A DNA stretch of 41,734 nucleotides from Balamuthia mandrillaris (lineage: Eukaryota). The DNA is taken from positions 124,001-165,734 of the forward strand of contig JAVKOQ020000112.1 of NCBI GenBank assembly GCA_031835245.2, written 5' to 3'. The notes under the pieces are model-generated. The model searched no databases, had not been told where the DNA came from, and worked only from the letters and a program-made list of their open reading frames with translations. Both the position numbers and the translations under genes were made by a program. Below are positions 24,796-33,353 of this stretch, piece by piece (the stretch's first letter is position 1; every line of letters begins with the position of its first letter).

Positions 24796-27700
24796 GAACG
24801 AAGCTTCTTCCAATAGGCGTTGACAGGTCGAAGGTCATCAAAGTTCTTCACTGGAATCCAGAGGTCGTACTTGGGAGAATAACCTTTCCATCTGACCTTG
24901 TATTCCCGGTGATTGGCGGGTCCACGATGGTCCAGCACCTTGCTAACTTCGTAGGACTTGGAGGAGTCGTTGTCATCATCATCGGACTCAGAATTAACAT
25001 CGTCAGATCCATCGGGGTTGGCTTGAGATTCCATATCGGTCTTATCAGGAAGAACTGGAATAGAGGATAGAGGTATCGAGGAACCAGAGGGAAGAGGGGG
25101 AACTAGCTTGAGAAGAGAAGGAGGGATACGATCTTCCAACTCGTTGCCAGTAACGTCCACTAGAATGTAGGCACCACTCTTGGTTCTGCGTTTGATGGAG
25201 AAAGGGCCGAGATACTTCGGATCCATCTTGGAGGTGGCAGCAGAATGACGAAGCATAACGGTGTCACCTGGCTTGAATTCCACCAAGGAAACAGAAGAGT
25301 CATGAGCTACAGACACGATCTGGTTGTAGAGGTCGGTAGCATCAGAAGCAGCAGGCCAGACAGCGGAATGCAACTTGGCAATCTGTGCAAGGCGGTCAGC
25401 CTCTGGAATGGGATCGGATTCCACGTTGGAATAGTCACTTGGAAGGTTGACAGGGCGTCCAAGAAAGAGCTCAAAAGGCGTCGATTTATGCCTGGAAGTC
25501 AGCCTTTGATTGATCGCGAATTGGGCAGCCGGAAGGAAGGTGGACCAGTGGCTCCAATCAAAAGAGACCAGCTTCATAAGGGCAGACTTAGCAAGCTTGA
25601 CATGGGCCTCAGCAGCACCATTGGCTCGCGGGTGATAGGCGGCAATAAATCTATGGTCAAAGCCAGAAATAGCTTTGATATTAGCCATGGTTTCGTTGAC
25701 GAACTCAGAGTCGTTGTCAGACTGTACAATCTTGGGAAAGCCAAAATCGCATATGACCCCGTAGAAGGCACTGGCGGTAGCAGCCGCTGTCCTGTTAACC
25801 AAGGGGCGGAGAAGGGTGAACCTGGTGGCAATGTCGGTGACCACCAAAACATAACAGAAGCCAGATTCATCGGTGGCGAGTGGACCAAACAGGTCCAGGG
25901 CAACGTGTTCAAAGGGAAAAGTGGCAGAGATGGTTTTCAGAGGATGAAAACCATGCTTGGCAACATTGAAACGAAGACAGGCATCGCACGAACGGGTAGT
26001 AGCAAAGCAATCAGCCCGAAGGGAAGGCCAGAAGAAACCTTCGTTCCATACCTTGTTGAAGAGATTGGCAGCACCTTCATGGCCAGCGAGGTGGAGGCGA
26101 GAGAGTAGCTCCTGTTGCTCCTCCACGGAAGAGGGGGCCGTTTTGTCCAAGAACAGCTTGATGTAGCGGACGAGTTCTCTTGACGGAGCAATTGGAGGAT
26201 GCTGAGAGGCATCAAGCACGGACAAGGAAGGAACTCTTGGAACGTTGCGTTGCTTCTTTACTGGAGCCAAGGTTTTGACGTCGTTTGGAACTACTGGCGG
26301 AGCCAGACCATCTTCCTCCCAAAAGTTGGGCGGGTAGAGGCGGGAAAGCGCATCTTCCAAAACCATCTGGACGCCAGGCCGGTGGACGATGTCGAAGTCA
26401 AACTGGAGCAGCAAAAAGGCCCAGTGATTAAGCATGAACGAAGAATGCTTGGCCGTAAAGAGATAGGATAAGGCCTTGTGGTCTGTGAACAAGGTAAAGT
26501 GGCGGCCCCACAGCCAACAGCGGAACTGGTGGAGGGCGAAGACCACAGCAAGAAGTTCACGTTTTGTGGCAGGGTAGTTGCGTTGAGCAGCGTTGAGGGC
26601 ACGACTGGCAAAGGCGATATAACGGCGAATACCATCAGTAGACTCTTGATAGAGCACAGCACCAACGCCATACTGGGAAGCATCGGTACCAACAAGAAAG
26701 GGAAGACTGGGGTCCGGCTTGCTCAGAACCGGAGGCGAGCTAAGGATTCGGCGAAGGGCGCTGATAGCTTCATCGCAGTTCTTATTCCAAAAGGGTCGCA
26801 CATCTGGAACGTTGCGTAGGGCGTCTAGCGGAGCCGTTAAGCGAGAATACAGGGGCACAAAGCCGCGCAGGAAGTTGACAAAGCCCAGATAAGACTGAAG
26901 TTGCTTGCCGGTAGTAGGTACAGGAAGGCTGTTGAAGGCTGAAAGCTTGTCCAGATCAGGAGCATAGCCCTCGCTGGAGACAATGTACCCAACCAGTCGG
27001 AGTCGTGAGAAGCCAAAATGGCACTTCTCGATACGGAGACGGAGACTAGCGTCGTTGATGGCACGTAATACCAAGCGTAGCTTTTCAACATGCTCATCTA
27101 TAGAGGCAGAGCGGGAAAAGACGAGGCAATCGTCAATGTAGTGTGCGGCGCAATCAGCGAGGTCCTTAAGCACGGCGGCAAGGAGACGCTGCATAGCGGC
27201 CGGAACAATCTTCACTCCAAAGGGAGCTCCACGAAAGCAGAAGCGACGCCCGCGCCAGGTGAAGGTGAGCTTGATCTGATGAGGCCCAAAGATTAGAAGC
27301 TGCATGAAGCTCCAGACCAAATCTAGCGAGCTGGCGATACGGAACCCGATGACGTACTCTACGACGGCAAGGATACCAGGAATGTGGAAGTGGATATCCA
27401 TAATGATAGGATTGATTGCTCGTGGATCGATGCAGGTACGGGCTGAAGTCCAGTTACCATTAGCATCCTTCTTGGGCACGCAAAGAATGGGCGAATTCCA
27501 CGGCGAGTCCATGGGCGCATCAATAATAACTTTGTGACGGTACCATTCTTCGAGTTGCTCGTTGATGGAGGAGTGCCAGACTTCCGGAATAGGATACTGG
27601 TGCTTGAATATCGGAGGGTGATCACCGGTATCCAAGCGGATAGTACCCTCAGGAAGCGGACAGGAAGGACCTTGAGGGATACGGCTGTTTTCTTCAAGAA

Positions 27701-29696
27701 GGTCCTTGATACGGTCTACAATGGCCTTTTGAAGCTCTGGAGGCAAGGGAGACTCCACGTACTTATCAGAAGAAGCGATGTTCTTGTCATCTGGCACCGA
27801 AGGCTTGGGGCCAGGAAAACGGACCGGAATGCCAAACAGACCAATACCGATCCTGTCAAGGATGTCTCGGCCAAAGATCACTTGGGTGGAGCCGGACAGC
27901 TTGAGGACGAGGAAGTTGTGGAAGAACTTCCGAGTACCACACGCTACGCGAACGTGAGGGGCAATGGCAGACACAGTGGCAGAGGAATCATCTCCCAGAA
28001 CCACATCCTGTTGAGTGTTGGTCGTTTTAAGCCGAAACTGTTCCACGAGAGAAGGATCCACAAAGGAAGAGGAGGCACCAGTGTCGAGTAGGGCCATGAC
28101 TCTTTGCTTGTTCAAGGTTGCCGGAACCATAATAGGAGCAGCAATAGGAGCAGAAGAGGGGTTATCGGAGGCAGGAGCTTCGTGATCGTCAAGACCGAGC
28201 ATAAACAGCTCTGCCGCGGCTTGCTCAAACTCTCGAAAGGGATTCTCTTCTATGTTGTTTAAAGAAGGAGCAACCGGAGGGGGAGAAGGGGAGGCTGCAC
28301 TACCAGAAGGAGGAGCCGAAGAAGCAACAGTTGCAGGGGACTGCATGCTGTTAAGCGAAGAAGCAGGAGGCTTAGCCGAAGTGCCACGAGTAGGGCAACG
28401 ATTAGCCATATGTCCGGCCTTGCCACACTTATAGCAGACGCCGGCTGGTCGCTGAGGAGCACCAGAAGGAGTAGCAGGGGCAGAGGAAGAGGAGGAGGAG
28501 GATCCATCACTCTTTTTCTTGGAGAGGACTCGGCAGTCCTTGTCCGAATGACCGTGTGTACGGTGAAAAGAGCACCAAGGTTTGCTGTTCTTGGCCCCTT
28601 TGTTGTTGCTCGAGTTGCTCGGGGGGGAAACTCTCGAGGACTTTCTCTTACTACGAGCGTCCAAGGCGGATTCGTGTTCCAAGGCAATGCCAATGGCGTC
28701 GACCAGAGAAGTAGGGGGGTTGGCGATGCAAGAAGAAATAAATCCTGAGACAAGTTCTTCAGGAAGAGCGTTTCGGAGAACGGCAAGAATATCTTCGAGC
28801 TGAGGCGGACAGGTCATCTGGTCGATGAGCTCTTGGAAGCGCTCCGAGAATTCTCGAACAGACTCTCCAGGTTTGAAGGAAAAGTGGCAGAACTCTGTAT
28901 GCAGCGCGTTCTGCAGGTTCCTGCTGCCAAAGTGGTCGTGGAAAGTGGCTATGAGCCTATCCCAAGGCCATTCTGGGTGACGAAGGTTCTGGATAGCCCA
29001 GTGCTGAGCCAACGGATCCTTGATCTGGGAAATCAAGGCATAATGCCAGAGGTTTTCCGGGTAAGACGTGCCGCTAAGGGCGAAGTGTAAGCGCTCTGAA
29101 AAGATAAGCGGATTATCTTTTCCTTTGGTCTTCGGATCGAAGGTAGGAAGATTTTGGGGGAGCTTTGGATATTTTTCCTTGCTTCCTGGGTTGTTTGAGG
29201 GTTCAGCGAAACCACACTCGGAAGAGGAGCCAGCCGCGGAAGTTTCCGTGGCAGAGCGAAGCGGAAAACGTTTGGAAGAGAACGCGACGGGAAGAGGTTT
29301 CACCGCCTTTGGTGCGACTGCACCCGTGGAGGTGGAACCTTTAGGAGAAACGTAAGGAGTCGACGGATTGTTCACCGGAAGCTGCGGAGGCAGGTTCGAC
29401 CGCAGTTGGAACAGTGGCTCGCTTTCTTCTTTGCAGATCGCAGCAAGTTGGTTGATCATTTCCATCAGTTCGCTCTTCTGGCGGCACAAGTCGTCGAATC
29501 TTTTCTTGTCTTCTTCCTCACCGCTAGAGTCCCACGATAAGGCAGCCTGGGAGATCGCAAGAGCTAGTTCTGCTTTCCTCCTTAGCAGGCGGGCAAGAGC
29601 AGCTTCGGAACTGTTTTCATTAATATCTATGTCACCAAAGCTTGGCGAACCGTCCTCCTTCTCGGTGGGTGTACTGGAAGTAGGAAGGTTAGACAT
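24783..29696 (-). CDS. Gag-Pol polyprotein (Gag, Zn knuckles, aspartic protease, RT, RNase H, integrase, chromodomain)
   Basis: First ATG at 29696. Motifs: CSFHRTHGHSDKDC and CYKCGKAGHMANRC; ALLDTGAS; RT SLDL..F.Q, APFG and YIDD; RNase H TDAS..ELLA..TDH; integrase HHCC, ALDL, SDND, AE and GPF; chromodomain YEVSKVLDHR..YKVRWKGY..DLW. No stops or frameshifts. Confidence 0.97.
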   Translation of the reverse strand: MSNLPTSSTPTEKEDGSPSFGDIDINENSSEAALARLLRRKAELALAISQAALSWDSSGEEEDKKRFDDLCRQKSELMEMINQLAAICKEESEPLFQLRSNLPPQLPVNNPSTPYVSPKGSTSTGAVAPKAVKPLPVAFSSKRFPLRSATETSAAGSSSECGFAEPSNNPGSKEKYPKLPQNLPTFDPKTKGKDNPLIFSERLHFALSGTSYPENLWHYALISQIKDPLAQHWAIQNLRHPEWPWDRLIATFHDHFGSRNLQNALHTEFCHFSFKPGESVREFSERFQELIDQMTCPPQLEDILAVLRNALPEELVSGFISSCIANPPTSLVDAIGIALEHESALDARSKRKSSRVSPPSNSSNNKGAKNSKPWCSFHRTHGHSDKDCRVLSKKKSDGSSSSSSSAPATPSGAPQRPAGVCYKCGKAGHMANRCPTRGTSAKPPASSLNSMQSPATVASSAPPSGSAASPSPPPVAPSLNNIEENPFREFEQAAAELFMLGLDDHEAPASDNPSSAPIAAPIMVPATLNKQRVMALLDTGASSSFVDPSLVEQFRLKTTNTQQDVVLGDDSSATVSAIAPHVRVACGTRKFFHNFLVLKLSGSTQVIFGRDILDRIGIGLFGIPVRFPGPKPSVPDDKNIASSDKYVESPLPPELQKAIVDRIKDLLEENSRIPQGPSCPLPEGTIRLDTGDHPPIFKHQYPIPEVWHSSINEQLEEWYRHKVIIDAPMDSPWNSPILCVPKKDANGNWTSARTCIDPRAINPIIMDIHFHIPGILAVVEYVIGFRIASSLDLVWSFMQLLIFGPHQIKLTFTWRGRRFCFRGAPFGVKIVPAAMQRLLAAVLKDLADCAAHYIDDCLVFSRSASIDEHVEKLRLVLRAINDASLRLRIEKCHFGFSRLRLVGYIVSSEGYAPDLDKLSAFNSLPVPTTGKQLQSYLGFVNFLRGFVPLYSRLTAPLDALRNVPDVRPFWNKNCDEAISALRRILSSPPVLSKPDPSLPFLVGTDASQYGVGAVLYQESTDGIRRYIAFASRALNAAQRNYPATKRELLAVVFALHQFRCWLWGRHFTLFTDHKALSYLFTAKHSSFMLNHWAFLLLQFDFDIVHRPGVQMVLEDALSRLYPPNFWEEDGLAPPVVPNDVKTLAPVKKQRNVPRVPSLSVLDASQHPPIAPSRELVRYIKLFLDKTAPSSVEEQQELLSRLHLAGHEGAANLFNKVWNEGFFWPSLRADCFATTRSCDACLRFNVAKHGFHPLKTISATFPFEHVALDLFGPLATDESGFCYVLVVTDIATRFTLLRPLVNRTAAATASAFYGVICDFGFPKIVQSDNDSEFVNETMANIKAISGFDHRFIAAYHPRANGAAEAHVKLAKSALMKLVSFDWSHWSTFLPAAQFAINQRLTSRHKSTPFELFLGRPVNLPSDYSNVESDPIPEADRLAQIAKLHSAVWPAASDATDLYNQIVSVAHDSSVSLVEFKPGDTVMLRHSAATSKMDPKYLGPFSIKRRTKSGAYILVDVTGNELEDRIPPSLLKLVPPLPSGSSIPLSSIPVLPDKTDMESQANPDGSDDVNSESDDDDNDSSKSYEVSKVLDHRGPANHREYKVRWKGYSPKYDLWIPVKNFDDLRPVNAYWKKLRSKRG

Positions 29697-29974
29697 TGTA
29701 GAGAAGCTTACCAAAAATAAAATATAACTCCTATAAGCGTGAGCAAAGGTTGATATGATACACCGGGTTGATGTCTCAGTAGCTGAATCCACAGCGTGTC
29801 TCAGATAAGTTCTGAGTAGGAAGGGCTTGAAATAAGCGCCAAAAACGCAACGAATAGCGAAGTGACCTTAGCAATAAGCCAAGGAGCGTACTATACGAGG
29901 GAGTTGAAGAATGACTCGAGTAGAGTGAGACTCAGTAGATATGCAGTAAATCGGAACGAGTCGTAAAAAAAAAA

Positions 29975-30293
29975 TGTTGTAAAATAAGAACGGGAATGAT
30001 AGCGGAGACAAAGTAAGTACGAGACCCGAACTTAATTTACTAAAGTAAAGAATACAAGTAGAGTATTTTGTTGTAAGTTGTCCCGAGAGAAGAAAGAAAG
30101 AAAGTAGAAGAAGCAGTATTTAAACTGAAAGAAAGAACCATAAAAGAAGAAAAAGAAATATCAGCATAAAAGGGGAAGAAGAAAAAAGGAAACATCAAAA
30201 AAAGGAGAAGGGAAAGATGAGAGGTTTCCTCAGGTCGACGGCAGAAGGAGAACTCGGCAGAAAGAAGAGCTACTATGTTGGAGTTTTCCAACA
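29975..30293 (-). repeat. 5' LTR (319 bp)
   Basis: Direct repeat of 24464-24782. Confidence 0.97.
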
Positions 30294-30778
30294 CTACAAG
30301 GCTTAGCTTGGCCCTGAAATACTGTGTTTTTTTGGCTAGAGTTGCCAACTTGACAGAACAAGCTATCAAAGTGGCTGAAGAGGCAATTCAGAATGCTACT
30401 GACCCTGAAGATCTGAGTATTGTAGATTCATTACAGGCAAACTTGGAAAGATACAAAAAAAGAAGTTAAATACTTTACAATAATACTAAAAGATTTCTTT
30501 ATCTTTTTAGCTTTATTGACTTAAAAAGGCTTCATTATCAAAGTTTCTTCTGTAAGATAAAGAAGTTAAAATAAATGTTTTGTTTATACTAAGTCATATA
30601 TAAACTTGCTTAAAGTTAAACTAATTGAATTAGTATGTTAATATTAACACTCTTAAGTCTTCTTTCTTTGTCTTTTCACTTAGTATGTTAAAGCTTCCAC
30701 TGAAATAGTGACCAAACTCTTCAACAAGTTGTTGGAAAACCAACCATTTCTTTGATTATGACTTCTTATCAACACTCT

Positions 30779-31255
30779 TGTTCTCCGCAGACAATCAAGG
30801 TGCGGAATACTGCTGGTCCTGAAACGGATAAAGTGGTAAACCTCAACCGCATCAAACGATTTATTCCGCGTGACGACGAAGACAGACAGCTTGCTGACAA
30901 CGAATACAAGGTTGAGAAAATTCTTGACCACCGCTATACCAATCGAGGACTTGAATACAGGTTGAAGTGGAAAGGTTTTTCCATCCGCCACAACTCTTGG
31001 GAGCCTGAACGCAACGTTATCAACGCCCCAGACCTGGTCCAGGCATATTGGAGAGTGGTATCATGATTATCGGCCTGACAGTCAATCACAGAGTGACTTT
31101 GGCCTGGGAGGGGGAAGTGTTATACCACTCTCCCATAATACCTATCCCTATCTCTCCTTGTATATATATCTCTTCTATTCATTTTATTAAAGGTCTTTTC
31201 CCTACGTCCATCGAGTTGGTGTCCGTTAGGTTGTTCCCCTACCGGCCTTATCACA
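30779..31255 (+). mobile_element. Second chromovirus remnant: integrase C-terminus + chromodomain + PPT + short 3' LTR, flanked by 4-bp TSD CTCT
   Basis: Frame SPQTIKVRN..VNLNRIKRF..EYKVEKILDHR..LEYRLKWKGF..NSWEPE..LVQAYW ends at 31066. PPT GGGAGGGGGAAG at 31106-31117. LTR TGTTATA(31118)...TATCACA(31255), with TATATATA and ATTAAA inside. CTCT at 30775-30778 and 31256-31259. Confidence 0.8.
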
Positions 31256-32158
31256 CTCTCCTTGATACCTCCAAATTTTCTTGCCCTTTTTATTTTCCTC
31301 TTTTCCTTACAACACATTCAAAGCACACACTTTGGTTCACACCCCTTTTCTTGTGAATAAACCCAGAGTCACTTACATGCCGTCCCTTTCTTGATCTGCA
31401 GGGTTATTCCCCATCAACAAAGTCAACAACTCAAATTGTGAAATTGATGGAAATTTTGTAGAAATGATAATTGGGCATAACCACATTTCTTTCAAGAATT
31501 AAAAAAAATTCATTCATTTTTGAAAAAAACTACAGTTTGGTGTGAACAATAGCTTTGTTAACAAGATGTCTGTGTCTTCTTCTCTATTTTTCTGTACAGG
31601 CAAGGTGTATACTCCTCTTCCAGGGCAATCAAAGGCTATTATGCAAACAATCAAGCTATGGATTATTATGCATCCTTACTATACAAGAAGCACATGTGAA
31701 GCCAGTAGACTTAATCCAATTAAAAAGCAAAGCAAGGTCCCAAAGAAAAAGAGTCACACAATAAAAAAAACCTACCTTTGATATGACATGAAAGGAAAAA
31801 TCCATCAATGTTGTTTAAAATCAATAACACCCCTTAATATCCACTCATCTTGTTTTTTTTATTAAGAAAATGCTTATTTCAATATCACAGTTTGCAAGCC
31901 TTTCCAAGCATCAGAAAAGTTATGCCTTATATCCACATATTTGTATACCATTTTGACTTTTTCCTTGAATGCTATGGATGCTTGGAGAGGCTTGCAAACT
32001 ACCATATTCTGGGTCTCGGTATCTTGCAGTAAATGCCTTGCCAAAAGGGTGAGCATCAGCTATCCTTTGCTCCTCTGTAATATTCACCTATCTCTTGCTT
32101 TTCTTCTTTTGATTGAAAAATTAAAGGTGAAAGTACGGTGATAAAGATTTTTGAATGT

Positions 32159-32901
32159 ATGGAGAAACAACATAAAGGGGAAGGATTCACTTGTCCCATT
32201 TGTCTGTGCGACGTGAGGGCGGACAGCAAGGCCAACTACATCACGGACTGCCAGCACAGTTTTTGTGGTATGTGAGTTGATTGATTGATTTTCAATCACA
32301 AGCAAACAAATATGATTTTTTTTTCCATTGATTCGTTCTGTGGTCCAACCAAGCGGAGTGCATAACTAGGCACTTGAAGCAAAGAAGAGAGTGCCCACTT
32401 TGCAGACGGCCGGTTAAGCTCATCCGTTTAGACAAAGAAGGCAACGATGGAACTTCTGATACTTCTCCAGTGGTGTGCATAGGGCTACGCTATGGTAGGC
32501 AACTATTCGAGGTATGTGCTTGTTCTTATACTTGCTGTATTGTTCTTCTTCTTGTTCTTCATCTTCATCTTCATCTTCATCTTCTTGTTCTTGTTCTTGT
32601 TCTTGTTCTTCTTCTTCTTCTTCTTCTTCTTCTTCTTCTTCTTCTTCTTCTTCTTCTTCTTCTTCTTCTTGTTCTCCTTCCTCTTCTTTTCCTCTTCATA
32701 ACCTCCTCCCTATCATGCCTGTAGTGTTAACTCTCCTTCTGCTTCTTCTTCTTCTTCACCTCCTTCTCTCGCTGTCCTAACGTTCTGTAGGTGGAGATAG
32801 CCCGCAACGCCAACCATACACAGTTCAAGAAGGTCGTTTGCCAGTTCTTTGGGCTATTAGACAAACGAGTCAAGATAGGTATGTTGCTCAACGCGTTTGC
32901 A

Positions 32902-32957
<56 letters not shown>

Positions 32958-33199
32958 TATCATGCCTCACCCTCAAAGCACGCAACAAAGTGCACAAAGG
33001 AGAGCTCATCACCAAAGAGAACTATCAGGCCGCCAGGCTGCTTGTCCCAAACGCAACCTTCCAAGTGATAGGCACCACAGAGTGCCCCAACCCTTCCAAC
33101 AAATGGGACAAACTCCCTTCTCGCTACGAAAGCGATGATGAAGAAGAAGGCCGCTCCTCTTCCACATGCGGAGCTCCCGTTCTTTGCGGGCTGATGTGA
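32159..33199 (+). CDS. RING-HC finger + ubiquitin-like domain + C-terminal CaaX protein
   Basis: Spliced product CPICLC..DCQHSFCAECITRHL..CPLCR is a C3HC4 RING. It continues VCIGLRYGRQLFEVEIARNANHTQFKKVVCQFFGLLDKRVKIVHKGELI..LLVPNATFQVIG (beta-grasp pattern) and ends CGAPVLCGLM*. An upstream exon cannot be excluded. Confidence 0.75.
32543..32672. repeat. Intronic (CTT)n / (CTTGTT)n / (CATCTT)n compound microsatellite
   Basis: Seen directly in intron 2 of the RING gene. Confidence 0.95.
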
Positions 33200-33353
33200 C
33201 GACCGCAAACGGACAGAACTAGCCCGCTTCCAAAGTGCTGTGAGTGCAGCTGACGTCATAAATTTGTGTGGATATTCCCCTTGTAAATGCTGACATCATT
33301 CTGCTTATTGCGTTTCGAAGGAGGAAATTTTAAAACCATTGTTAAAAAAAAGA

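Larger units (their letters stand above)
24464..30293 (-). mobile_element. Full-length Ty3/Gypsy (Metaviridae) chromovirus-type LTR retrotransposon
   Basis: Direct 319-bp LTRs with TGTTG...CAACA ends; 4-bp TSD CTAC at 24460-24463 and 30294-30297; PPT; single gag-PR-RT-RH-IN-chromodomain ORF. Confidence 0.98.
22313..30469 (+). pseudogene. Divergent 14-3-3-domain gene whose last exon is interrupted by the LTR retrotransposon
   Basis: Spliced exons give ...LHRLRGDCYRYKAE..AASAYVEANKLAFATLSPNCT|TRLSLALKYCVF..AIKVAEEAI..IVDSLQANLERY. This aligns by eye with 14-3-3 KMKGDYYRYLAE..LPPTHPIRLGLALNFSVF..IMQLLRDNL. Removing the element and one TSD copy restores the frame. As it stands, the frame stops at TAA 24474-24476 inside the LTR. 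Confidence 0.8.

Noticed and set aside
25245..28091. Several 100-290 aa + strand ORFs inside the retrotransposon (possible antisense or env-like genes)
   Set aside because: They are shadows of the pol codon pattern, with no TM segments, signal peptide or recognisable motifs.
30730..30740. TGTTGGAAAAC, identical to the first 11 nt of the element-strand LTR
   Set aside because: Similarity does not extend and there is no TSD or PPT; probably chance.
31540..32140. Short ORFs and splice-like signals upstream of the RING gene
   Set aside because: No coherent reading frame or motif could be assembled; may be UTR or decayed sequence.
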